DNA of 61,422 nt, the filler included, from Sphacelaria rigidula (Eukaryota), in assembly GCA_964200075.2 (NCBI GenBank). It is 4 parts of 4 records of this genome, joined end to end, with 100 filler letters (N's around TTAATTAATTAA, not from the genome) between each part and the next. Parts side by side here need not be neighbours in the genome. Positions count along the whole stretch, not along the records: positions 30,765 to 46,044 come from CAXNAA020001826.1; positions 46,145 to 61,422 come from CAXNAA020001827.1; 2 more parts are not named here. One strand, written 5' to 3'. Below, piece after piece: positions 38,054 to 50,007 of the stretch. The notes beneath the pieces were generated by a model. That model had not been told where the DNA came from and made no database searches. It saw nothing but the letters and a program-made list of their open reading frames with translations. Position 1 is the stretch's first letter. Each line of letters starts with the position of its first letter. The position numbers and the translations under genes were made by a program.

Positions 38054-38356
38054 GTTTTCGTATCTGGTTGGTTTTGTGTGGCTGGAGCAATGAGGTCAGG
38101 CAAACATGTAGTAGATGCCAAAATAAATCCTATTTCATTCCCTTGCTCTGCCCCTCCCTCTCGCTCGAGTTCCCTCTCCTGTGAGTGTTTCTCCCCCTCG
38201 CTCTTAGTCATCCTATTAGCCTTTCGTAGTGTTTCTCTCACCCGCAATTTTCTGTACAATGACAGTTATAAGCGTTTGCGCCAGATTCTGCGCAGGTTAC
38301 TGCGTTCGGGGCGGGAAGAGCGTAACGCAGGGTAGGGGGTACGGAGGGTGGTCAAG
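38054..38356. promoter_or_regulatory. Putative bidirectional promoter and 5' UTRs
   Basis: Only 303 bp between divergent start codons, with no recognisable TE. Confidence 0.55.
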
Positions 38357-38494
38357 ATGGATGAGCGTGGAATAGGAGCTGCTGATGGGATTGGTGGTGG
38401 ATCTTCTGAACAAGCGCTTCAGGAGAGCTTAGTACGGCAGTCCTCTGCTGGCATCGGTGGCCACCAGGATGCGCAGCAGCAGCAGGACCAACAG
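38357..38494 (+). CDS. Exon 1 of polyQ/QLQ-domain protein
   Basis: MDERGIG..QQQQDQQ, donor CAG|gtgata, phase 0. Confidence 0.7.
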
Positions 38495-39057
38495 GTGATA
38501 TCGGTGCTACAAGGCCAGCGGTTTGAAAAATCGTGCTCTTGTGTTTTGGTTCTTCCTGGTTGAAAAGGTCTCTCCAGTCAATACAACAGACAGACAGTGG
38601 TGTACTGTACAGTACACCAGTACCAGTAGTGCAGCACTACAGACAGTCCCGCGTTTCACGCAATCGATTTGTTGTCAGGTGAGGGACAGCTAGCCAAGGT
38701 TGACGCAACGATTAGGTGCCGTTACGCCACTTGTCGCTGCTTCTCTTGGTATCATATATGAAACATACCCTCTTGCTGCTGTCGGCGTCATACAATTTCT
38801 GTGCTCTCTGCTTCCCCGATCTTCTTAAAAGACTACGGTCAAAATGCGACAGCGTTAAGATGATAACTTGAACAGGTTGGTCAACATGTAAATACACGCG
38901 GTAGAGGAGGTAACCCCGACACTCGGTGTTTAACTTGATGTTCCACCTGGTTTTCGCATCGCTCTTGATCCCCCCCCCTGCGCGCCGCTGGCTTCTTGGT
39001 CTGCATTCGTCGCTGCCCGATACCCGACCATAGCTTTTTGAGCAACAACGATTCCAG

Positions 39058-39228
39058 ATGGCGCTGCAGCTGCGCCAACAGCAGCAGCGCCAGCAGACAC
39101 AACAACAGCAGCAGCAACAACAACGTCATAGTGCGTTGCCCCACAACCCTCTTCAAGCATCTGGGCAGCAGGAGAATACTCAGTTGCCAGTCTCTACGGA
39201 GGAGCATGTGTTGCAGCAGCTGTACCTG

Positions 39229-39261
<33 letters not shown>

Positions 39262-39296
39262 GCTCAGCAAAGGGCCCAGCTGAAGCAGGCACAATC

Positions 39297-39329
<33 letters not shown>

Positions 39330-41166
39330 TGTGATGCAGCAGCGCCAACGCGAGCAACAACAAGCGGCAGTGCAACAAGCTATGCAGCAACAGCAGCAGC
39401 AGCAGCAGCAACGACTGGAGCGCGATCGCCAACAGCAGCTGTTGCTTCTTCAGCAACAGCAGCAGCAGCGGCAGCAACAACAAAACATGAGGCAAAGAAA
39501 ACAGCGTGGCGATGAAACCAGGCGACAGCAGCAGAGCATGCTATCGATGCCAGAACACCATCAGCAGCAACAGCAGCAACAGCAACAGCAACAACAACAA
39601 GAACCCTCGCCACTACGCAGCCCCGGCGCCTCCGACACTGCCAGCAAAGCTCACTCTAGCCCCGGCGGCGGTGGCGGTCTGCCGTCTGCGGCGCCGACAC
39701 AACAACCACCGTACGTCTTCGAAGAGCACCACCTAGCTGTCCTCAAGTCACAAATCGCCACCTACCGCACGCTCGTGGCCAATATGGATCAGGCGAAGTC
39801 GACTCTTGCAGAGTTCGTCACTAGGTCGCAGGCGCTCAAAGAAATGGCTGCACAGCAGCGGCAGCAGCAGAAGCAACAAGAAGCTGCAGCGGCCCAGCAA
39901 GCGGCGGCGGCGGCCGCGGCCGCAGCTGCTGCGAAGCCGCCGCCGCCACCGCCGACGCAACCGCTGTCGATACAGCTGCCTCCTCTGCCCCAGGAGACGC
40001 CACAGACGCAGCACGGACAACAACGAGGCGCTTCAATGCTCACAACAAGGACTTCCTCTCCATCGGAGTCATCGTCGTCAGCGATGTTGTTGTCGCAGCA
40101 GCTCGCCCCACTTATCAACACCTCCACCGTCGGCGGCGGTCCGGCATCGATACGTTGTCCGTCATCCCCGCGCGAGGGCAGCAGCAGCAATAATAATAAC
40201 AACAATAATAACCTACGTGGGGCAGTAAACGGGGCGTCCCCTTCGCGCCCTTCCATCGCCGATGGAAGTAGTGACAGCACAGGAGCAAGTAGCGGGAGCG
40301 CCGGCGGTGGTCAATCCTTGAGAAGCAGCGCGTCTGTCGCGGAAGGCGGGGGTACGCTACGCCTACCCTCAATCAAGCCCCCAGGCGGCGACGTTGGCAA
40401 CGTCGATAGTGACTCCCTGCAGTCATCAACCGCCGCCACCATTTCGGCTTCAAGGAGCGGAGGCGCCGGCGCCGGCTCTGCTCTCGGGTCGGGACGACTG
40501 CCGCCGCTATCGGCCATCACCGGGGGAACGGAAAAAACGCTCAGAGGATCGATGTCGGCGGTGAATCTCGGGCTCGTCCCGGGCGCTGCCGCCGTAGGCG
40601 AGCACCAGACCGGCGGCATTAGTCGTGGATCGCCAACTGCCGGCGTAATGGGGTTGTCGGGGGCGCAAGAAGAGGATGGAGCGACGGCGCCCGCGGCAGG
40701 GGGAGCGGGGAAGGTGGCCGGGGTGCGTCCTGTGGGTACGGGGCTTGTTGGCCTAGGAAATACCAAGGGATCGCCGCAAAAGCTGAGCGAGGAGGCGCGA
40801 GCGATGGACGAGGCGGCCCGTGCAGAGAGGATGGGCAAACTTGCGCGCGCGGCGGCAGTCGGAGGTGGAGGAGCAAGAGGAGGGGCGGGAGTATCGGACC
40901 TTGTTGACTCACCGCCGTCACCACCGCCATCGCCGCCGCCGGTGGTGGAGTTCGTCCCGACGCCCGTGGAGCGATATAGACGAGCGATGGAGGCAGAGTT
41001 GGTGGCGGCGGATTCTGCAGAACGTTGCACTGGCGATGTTGCGTCGGCGGTAGCGGCGATTCCTCCGAAGGAACAACAGGGAAATAACGGCTACAGCGCG
41101 AGTTACGGATTCTACTTACCGCTGAGTGATAACGCCATGGGTGTCCCCTATCCGATGAACGCGAAG
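39058..41166 (+). CDS. Exon 2 of polyQ/QLQ-domain protein (SNF2/BRM-like N-terminus)
   Basis: Acceptor ttccag|, 703 codons, donor AAG|gtctgt. PYVFEEHHLAVLKSQIATYRTLVAN (about 39710-39785) fits the QLQ consensus F...QL..L+.QI.AY+.L..N. Confidence 0.85.
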
Positions 41167-41659
41167 GTCTGTGTGTCTGTACATGTGTTTTGCGGTACTC
41201 TTGCTCCAAACCGGGCCGCCGTTACGTTGCCGTTACGAGTAAACGTCATGGATGAGCTGCGATTCAGGCGACCGACCCCCTTGGTCATACTCCACCTGTG
41301 TTTACACCATGTACCGTTTGTCGCACTGCAGTTGCGATCCGCTGCAAGGTGAACGATTCGCTTGAATGGGGTCCCAATCACAGATGCAATACAAATACGA
41401 ATCTCTTACGAAACACTGTACTGCATGCTTATGGCGTATAACAAAGACAAAAGCGTGTGTGATGGAAACGTATGTAGTTTTTGAGAACGGCAACAGCAAA
41501 AAACACACAACCCCGCCGTGCCAAAACTCTAATGCGTGTGTGAGAATACATGTTTTGCCTTGCCTGCTGAGTAATACTATAGAGGCTTGATTAGTTATGC
41601 TTGACGGTGATTACTGATGGTGATGGTGCTGGGGGTGCTCGTGCTCGTGCTTACTTCAG

Positions 41660-41989
41660 GACGTGGGACCCGCCTTCAAAAAACGCCCCGCCATTGTGTG
41701 CGACGAGTTCCCAGTTAGCACTGCCGCTATTGTTCCGCCGGCTTCCACTGTGATGAGCGACGATCATGACGAGGGTCCTTCGAAGGAGACCGCGCCGCCT
41801 GCGAGCAGCAGTAGCAGTAGTGCCGATGGCGGCGGCATTATCGCACGGGAGCGCGGCAATCTGGAGGAGCGGGAAGCGCAGCTAAAAGCATCGCTGAAGG
41901 ATAAGAAAGCGGCATTGAATGGTGAGGGGGGGCATGCGGGCCTAGAGAAGGAGGTGGCTCGGATGCAGCGGGAGCTGTTCACGATACAG
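41660..41989 (+). CDS. Exon 3 of QLQ-domain gene (coiled-coil IIARERGNLEEREAQL..)
   Basis: Acceptor cttcag|, donor CAG|gtacgg, 110 codons, phase 0-0. Confidence 0.8.
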
Positions 41990-43137
41990 GTACGGTTTCC
42001 CCCCATATGCTTTTACTTCTTGTAGCAGAAGTAGTAGTGGTAGGAGGAGGAGGAGGAGGAGTCGTAGCAGCAGCAGCACCACCACCACCACCACCACCAC
42101 CACCACCACCACCACCAGTAGCAGCAGTAGTGATGGACAGCGGTCGTAGTGAACGTATTTCGCAGGGCTCTTCACGTAGCCGGTCTTACATATATCTTCG
42201 TCGCGGGTCCATGTTCCTCGATCTGCCAATAGATGGTTACGCGAGGTTTTTTATTTTTCTCCGCTCGGTCCGTCCAAAGGTGCCCACGCGATAGCCTGCC
42301 TCGCACGTGAAAGGCCTTGATGGCTTGTGTCCTTGTTATTGTACAGTATGTTGAAGTAGTACAAGCTTCAACTTTGTATTCACTCAGAGGGGATCCCGCT
42401 GTAGCGCGGTGGCTCAACTTTCGATCGAAATCGCTTTTCGTGAAAGTCCCATCCCCTGGACGTTTTTCGAGTAAAAAATCATATTCATGGACAGTTCTTC
42501 TTTTTCTTCTTGTGAACGAAACATTTGTCAGTTCAATGAATTAACATCGCAAAAGAAAAAAAAGCAGACTGCTGGTTACGTTCACATTGTTGTTTGTGTC
42601 AAGCCTACTTTTTTTGTGGACGCCACGGTAATATTTCACGTTGAAAAAACTGGCGAAAACAAAATTGAAGAGTCAAATTCTATAAATCGTCCTCGACAGG
42701 AAGTGGGTTCAATCGGCAGCCGAGCGTTCTCATGATGGCTGTCGGCAACCTTTGCAAACTTGAATTTGAAGAGGCATGTGATGCTTGTTGACTTCATCAT
42801 AACGACACCGCTACCGAAAGTTGTGGTGCATATCCACCGTGTTGTCGGTAGTCCGTGTATGCTGGAGGTCGGTGGGGGTCGTACATTCTTGAAACAACGC
42901 CCCCACGATTGGGCATTTCAGTAAAATATGAAAAGTCGACACACACGCCGCGCCAGGAGGTGGGGGTTTGACCCAGGCCGGGGGTGCTGCTTCCTGCAAA
43001 ACGATTAGAGGCGGTGTAACGTGGACACTATAGAACCCATAACCATGGAATTTTTTATGGCATGCCTAGTGATGACAAGCTACCAAGATTGTGCTCTGTA
43101 GAGTATGTCCGGTAGGGGGGGCATTTTTGCTGAGGCT

Positions 43138-43452
43138 AGTTCACCGGCGTTGGGTTATAAATGTGCATGGTTGACACAATTTTACAAGTATCGCTACGCC
43201 CTAAAAGCCCTAACCCCAACCCAACGTATACCGAGAACCCTTGGGCAAAGGCTGTGCATGTATTCCCTAGGCAAAGTGCGGCCTTGGAAGACCACAAATC
43301 GGCGCCTCTGGCGCCGATTTCAACTAGAACGCGTTCTGCGCACGCGAGGAGCACACGGGACTGTCAGCCCTACTTGAATTCCGATTATCGTCGTACACAC
43401 TCAAATCAAGTAATATCAACCATGGACATTTGTAGCCCAACGCCGGTAAACT
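43138..43452. mobile_element. MITE with telomere-like core, copy 3
   Basis: About 38-bp TIR AGTTCACCGGCGTTGGGTTATAAATGTGCATGGTTGA / TCAACCATGGACATTTGTAGCCCAACGCCGGTAAACT. Confidence 0.75.
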
Positions 43453-43636
43453 CTAATATTTTTGCTTAGCATTCTATTATACGTAATCCATACCGAAATG
43501 TGTAAGGAACATTCGAACATTCCGGTGTGATCCGGCAGGGCACCGAGCCTTGTTCCGAACAATCCGGTATATGGTGCGGAAGGAGGAATGCTTATTTACC
43601 GATAATTTCTTTTTCTTTCGTTCGGTAATAAGTACC

Positions 43637-43753
43637 TAAGCTTCTACTAATTATTCTAGTATAGCACGGTTTTACATATATTAGCGACCCATCATTATTT
43701 TCAAGATAAATGATTCCTTCAAAAACCGTGCTAGCATATTAAGTAGAAGCCTA
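43637..43753. mobile_element. 117-bp hAT-like MITE related to 4428-5634
   Basis: TIR TAAGCTTCTACT / AGTAGAAGCCTA. 8-bp TSD TAAGTACC/TTAGTACC. Confidence 0.8.
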
Positions 43754-44271
43754 TTAGTACCCGAACTTCACCCGGTATACCCTTCGGAACACAATCTTGC
43801 AAGCTACCTCTTGCGCTGGCTTCGCTGCTGCTATTGATGGCGTAGCCTACGTGTGTGCGGGGTCAGCCCGCTCGCTGGAAGCCGTGGGTGGGCTGCGGGC
43901 GCGTTTGGGTTTTGGTCAGTACACTATTACACACCCTGGACAAAAGATTATACTATCAAAAAGTGTACCGCGTACAGTATCGAATATTGCGTCGATTGCA
44001 CGAAACCACTCTGTATGGCAGTCAAAAAACGGATCTGTACGCAGATCGGGGGACCTCAGATCCGGAAACGCATTGTATGGACCCCAATTTGGCCCAAATC
44101 AGGGAAGCTCAGACTCGTTTGTCACGATTTGATAACGGTTTCACACGAATCTGAGCTCAGATCCGTGAAAAATCGACGTCCCCCGTATCTGTAGCAACTG
44201 ACGTGCGTATGTTGACGTACAATGATGGGGCAACAGGCGTTTGGTATTTTTGCAACAACAGCAGCAGACAG

Positions 44272-44343
44272 TCTCGTGACAGCACAGACAGTGCCTGCGA
44301 GCGCCGGCTGCTGGAGCAGTTTCGCACGGGGTTTGACAAGCGG
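44272..44343 (+). CDS. Possible small exon 4 of QLQ gene (SRDSTDSACERRLLEQFRTGFDKR)
   Basis: Good donor CGG|gtgaga, phase 0-0. The acceptor is ambiguous because upstream CAGs would give a stop. Confidence 0.3.
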
Positions 44344-46044
44344 GTGAGAAGGGTTGACGCCGTACCTGTGGTGATGGCAAGCTTGAATGCTGCACTGTAC
44401 TGCTGTATGTATCGTCATAACGAACGGTACTGTACTGTCCTACACTCTGCTGTCGCGGTACTTGCAGCTTGATGAATGACACTGCACTCGTGAACTCTTG
44501 TCGCACACTGTGCACTGTTCTCGCAATACCGACTGTACCATCATGTATTACCACACGGCATTATTGTGTTCTGTGGTTGTGCAGTGTACTTCACCACATT
44601 ATTACCTAGGGTACCACGGTACGACGCTGCTGTTGAAGGATGATTCCTGCCTGCCTGTTCTTCGGCTTCACTGCGATACCACACCCGGCCAGAAAATACC
44701 CTTTCGTGTACAGAACAATTTCAACAAATCTGTGAAGCCATACAGGGGTACACACGAATCTGAGTTTCACGAAGCTGGGTCCCCCCGATTTGGCACAGAT
44801 TCGGGTCCCACCAGATTCGGGATTAGCTGTCATACAATCTGGTCCTTAGACAAAAGATTCTATGTACTGTACGCAGTACAATATTTGACAATGTAATATT
44901 TTGTCATTTTCCAAAAGGGGTGGTGTCTAAAACTCCTGACTTCTGCTTCGCTCGGCCGAGGTAGTGACGACTCGGCGCACACACGCGAGATGTGCGCGTA
45001 CCGCGCACGACCAAGGGCGTTTTCATCACGTGTGATCTACTTGCCCCTACACATGAACTACTCGCCATTTCATTTATTTGGCCCATGCCGTCGAGTGCAA
45101 GTAAGTCACAATGTGTTCGTGGGCTTTTCCTTCGAGGTGTATCGAAGTCTTGTATCCGATTTCCGATTTTTTTTTTCGGGGATAAAAGAGTTTTTTTTTC
45201 TCCAAAACATGTGAGAGAGCATTTTCTCAACCAGATCACGTAATAGATCAATTTTAAGAAGTTTTCTCCGAAAAAATGTGGGCGCTTCTTGACCAGACCA
45301 GGTATTATATTCATTCAAGAATGACTACAGATTTCTATGAAAATGTCGCGTTCGATTCTAGGTTCAGCAATTTTGGGGGATTTTTTTTTTTTCCAGGGAA
45401 GACTGGGAAAAATCTAAAAAAATGCCCCGCTAGGTAAACCCCTAAATGGTCCGTTTCTTGCAGGTGTTTTTTTGTTTTGGCTGGATTTTCAAATTTGGGA
45501 CATTGATCCAATTTTTGGCCCCCCAAACGAGGATTATTGTCACCATGTGTATTGGACGCTTAGCATCACGTCACTGAGAGAAGTCTAGCCCACTTTTCCG
45601 ATTCGCTTGGCACCGAGGTTTCGAGGATGATCTCAGGCCGCTTTTTATAGACTGAAGAAAGTCTCTGAGAAAAGTCGTTTTGGTCAGTCTCCAGAGACCT
45701 TCTTCAGAACGCGACCTTATAGGGGCCACTTTTCATGAAAAAAGTCTCTGAAAACTGGCCACAATTTGCAGACAGCGGGATTTTGCCAAATCCCTCTGCG
45801 AAAAGCCATCGATTCGCAGAGACTTTTCTCTGTCTGAGAATTGTCGTTCCATCACACGTTCCTCGCACACCGCACCCGCAATGGTACAGTCAGTACTCCA
45901 TCACACACGCCTCGCATACAAGCGTAGTACAGTCAGTGCAAAAGTAGTTGTTCATGTTGTATGTACAGTACCGTGCCAACAGCATAGCTGCTGCAGCACT
46001 CCGTGCATCCTTTTCATGACCGTAGAACCAGGGACAGACAGTAC

Positions 46045-46144
46045 NNNNNNNNNNNNNNNNNNNNNNNNNNNNNNNNNNNNNNNNNNNNTTAATTAATTAA
46101 NNNNNNNNNNNNNNNNNNNNNNNNNNNNNNNNNNNNNNNNNNNN
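46045..46144. other. Assembly gap linker
   Basis: N44-TTAATTAATTAA-N44. Confidence 0.99.
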
Positions 46145-46149
46145 TTTAT

Positions 46150-46625
46150 GGAACAAAATTGCCAATAAGTCACTGAGAGAAAAAAAGAACAGGGGATGAA
46201 AGGTTGTGTCTTCGCACATACGTCCTGTACATCATGTCAAAATTTCATTCAAAAAGACTTCAAATTACGCTACATATTTGCGTTTGAATTATTCGTGGCT
46301 GGTCCATCTCCACGTAGTAACTGCTTGTCGACGGGATGACGCATTTTCTTCGCTCAATTTTGGATCGTTTTCGATGTAATTTCGACACGCCGTACGGGAC
46401 GTATGTACGAACAGCTGACCTTCCATCCCCTGTTTTTCGTTTTTCTTCGTGAGTTATTGGCGAAGTAACATTTCAGAACAGTTTTTTTCGAGACAAAATT
46501 GCCAATAACTCACGAAGAAAAGAAAAAAAACAGGGAATGGAAGGCCAGCTGTTCGCACATACGTCTTGTACATCATGTCAAAATTTCATCAAAAACAATC
46601 CAAAATTGAGCGAAGAAAATGCGTT
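46150..46625. repeat. About 125-bp unit in forward/reverse/forward arrangement (fold-back)
   Basis: 46340-46465 is the reverse-complement homologue of 46497-46625; another direct copy lies at 46152-46270. Confidence 0.8.
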
Positions 46626-46679
46626 TCAACATTCCTGGTGGCTCCTTGGGCGGACCAGCCTGTATGTATGTTTTCTTCA

Positions 46680-49600
46680 TACAGTGCGACGTGAAAAGAA
46701 CTTGAACAGTGTGCGCAGCTTTGTCTGTTTGCACTGTCCATGGGTATGTATGCAGTAAACCGCCGGTCATTGCCTGCACCCTACCCCGCGCATGGTTCCG
46801 GCACCGCGCGATTCCGCGACCATGGAAGAAGATGCTCAAGTTTGAACTTCCACCAACAACACATACATCATACCCAACTACTGCAGTGTGTATCTATATT
46901 CCTGCACCCAACTCGTACTCTTTGCTGCAGGGTTATTGTGGTGGTATTATACCTGCCGTGATGATCCTAAAGGTGCCCTGAAAGCAGTTAGGACATAAGT
47001 GCACCAGTGTTAATGTACACGCTGGAGGATACTGCGCGGCTATGTCCTCCGGAGTCGCAACAAATGCCTTAGAGGCCATAATTGGTTCCTCCTCCAAAGG
47101 AATGATATTCATATTTCCCCCTAAGGGACGATCACGAAAATCACGTGCTCCAGAGCACCACATGTTTGGTCTTCTGGAAGGATTCGGACCTCAGGAGTCA
47201 CTGGAGCATTAGGTGCTCTCCAGAGTTTTCGTTTTATGACCGGAACCGAGTATGAAATACCCTCTAGAGGATACTTTCATCCTCGGGAGGGTCACTTTAC
47301 CCTCGAGAGGATGAAAATCGCGATAGAGGATTTTAAGGGTGTACTCATGATCATGCATGCCATAGTCATCAGACCATTGACCTCTCATCCCTACAAAGCC
47401 GAGACGGAGCACGCCGGGTTTTCGCCGGACCAGGATTTTAAGGGGGTAGCCGAATGGCCGCGTGTGCGCCATCACCAGTTGAAGCTTCGTACCATGACTG
47501 TGTGTACATATACTGGCAGTCAGTGTATGAGATTTGTACAGCAGAGGCTACCGAAACATTATCGTTTCGCCCAACTGATCTGAATTGGGGGGCAAGCCGA
47601 CGGGTTTTGAATAATCCCTGCTGTTCAAATCTCATACGCTGACAACAGTACAGTACATGGGACTTGACCAGCAGAGGCTGGCAAGTCCTAGTTTTGCCCA
47701 ATTTCAAGAGAAATTGACGGACAAAACGAGGACTTTCGAGAAGTCTCTGCTGTACAAATTCCATATGTGCTGTAACGAGTATAGGGTTTCCACAGAAGGA
47801 GTGCTTTCAGCAACAATTGAGAGGATTTCGATAGTGATGCAAACCCTCGAGGGAAACCCCAATGTTGAGATCCCTGTAGAGGATTGCGAATGCCCAAGAT
47901 CCCCTTGAGGTTGAGACACGGTTGGAAAAGCCACTGGAGGATTTTCGAGGCTAGCAGAATGGCCGCGTGTGTCTAAGCCAGGGGCGTGGCCCGAGAGGCG
48001 CGGAATGACCATTCTGACCAATCACGGCCGTCAAAATGGGCACGCAGTTCCCCTACAGGGGAACTACAGGTGGACTGCTTCGCTGTCCAGCAGATTATTC
48101 ATTTTGGTCATGTCGGTTCAACCATCGATAACAGTCTCTCTGTGATAGCTCCCCTCCAAAACAGACGGTGAAACAGGATGGGGATGAGACATGGGAAATA
48201 CTTTCGTGTAGTGTATGGAAGACTCGTAATGAGCACCGAAAGGTTGAAGGTGTCCATGTCAGGAGTAGGAACTGTGTTCTGCGATGTGACAGAGTGAAGC
48301 ACCTCTGTTGAAAGATAGAAGACAGAATGGTGCTTTTTTCCTCGGTTCAAACCTTGTCTGATTTACTTCACGGGTTGGTTGCTCTAGAGAGCTTGAGTTA
48401 TACGAGTAGAAATCCCACAAATCAAATCGAGCCGATAGCAATCACTAACGTATATACCCAAACAAGAAGCAAACCGACTCACTGTGTTCTCCTCCTTTGG
48501 GGATCCGTTCACTCGAGGCACAGGATAACTTGGCGTGCAGAAGAAGATCGAATCCTGAAAATATGCTTGAGTTAGATGCTATGACGGGAACATCACCCTG
48601 CTTTTCGTCGACGAGTTCTACTGCGCACCGAGGCATTTCCTGTCCAAGCAGAGAGGTAGAGAGAAATCGAGCTTTGCATCGGTCAGCGCCACAGACAAGA
48701 GACGACTACCGGAGCATCCCGCGATCTTGTTTCCATGGCTGTGCTACAGTAACCCGCCTGCCCACACACGGCAACCTGCACACGCAGCCATTTGGCTACA
48801 CCCCAAAATGCCTCCGGAGGGATGCACGGCCCTCCAGGAGAAAAACAAGCCTCCGGAGGCCTTCAATCCCTCTGGAGGAAATCAAACTCTACCGACCCGG
48901 ACGGCCGCGCACCCCTCCGGAGGAATTTGGGGGTATGTGCGGCCCTCCAGAGTAAAAAATAAGACTCCGGGACGTTGAATCCCTCTGGAGGAAACCAAAC
49001 ACTTACATCTGGAGGGTCGCGCACCCCTCCAGAGGCGTTTAATTCCTCTGGGGGCTCGAAACATGTACCCACCTGGAGTAATATCGGAGGTATCCAAATG
49101 GCCGGGTGTGTGAGCATGTGCTGGTACTGTAACATAATGCCAATCTCTGCGGAAATTGGGGATCGCCGAACGAAGACAAAGAAAGGACATCGGCGAGGAG
49201 CTTCCTCTCCGCCGTTGCTCCTCTGGTGATATGGTCATCGACACGCGTGTGCACCGCATTCGTTTGGTGTAACCATACGGGCGTAACTGCAACAGAAACG
49301 CTGCTTGCGAAGGTGCTTTTCCGTGGCGATATTCTTAAAGGTGACTTCTCGATTTTCGAAGGCGGGTTGAAGCTCATTCTAACAGCCGATTCTAATCTCC
49401 CAAATCCAGATGTGGATCTGCTGAAAAACAGCACTCACACCCTTCTTGAGTGCTTCGCAAGGCGAAAATATATGTATCCCTAAATTAGGTACTACAATGG
49501 CGGATAAGCACACAGACCTCTCATAACCATGGGTATCTGTCGCTATCGTGTGTATAACCCCTCTACCTTCTTGTAGTAGGTGTCCTCCTGCTGTTCGTAA

Positions 49601-50007
49601 ACACATTGGGGCGCTGAACTCGACAAAATTTGGCGTTCCCCGCTCAATACCAGGTAGTGAACTACTGTTCACGCAATGGGTCCCTGCCGCTCAGTCAATA
49701 ATTACTGAAAACGAAGTTAACATGGCTTTTCTACCATGACTATCCATAGTTTCTGTGAAAAAGGTAAATCCCTTCCCATTTGTAGTCAAAATATTCACCA
49801 CTGGTGCCGACGATGCCCTTGCATGTAAAACCTGTGCGTTTGTAGGTTTCGAAGATGTACTTGTGTCCAGGATACCTTTGTTGACTTGCTGATGTGGATG
49901 CGTCACATTGCTATTGTGCTCGACAGTGCCATTATCACTCCTTACGCCTTCATTCCTATTTTGACTTCTACACTTCATATTATCATGATTGGCTATTCTG
50001 TGTAACG
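46680..50007 (-). mobile_element. Decayed Ty1/copia internal region interrupted by MITEs
   Basis: VIID*AAGTH (protease-like), then TAGGHLLQEGRG..SAIVVPNLGIHIFS (copia post-protease motif), an integrase-like remnant near 48600 and an RNase H-like tail near 46700. The order fits copia. Confidence 0.55.
48779..49110. mobile_element. MITE with CACAC..GGCCATTTGG TIRs and CCTCC(A/G)GAGG repeats
   Basis: CACACGCAGCCATTTGG vs CCAAATGGCCGGGTGTG. Related ends at about 47466 and 47971. Confidence 0.75.
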
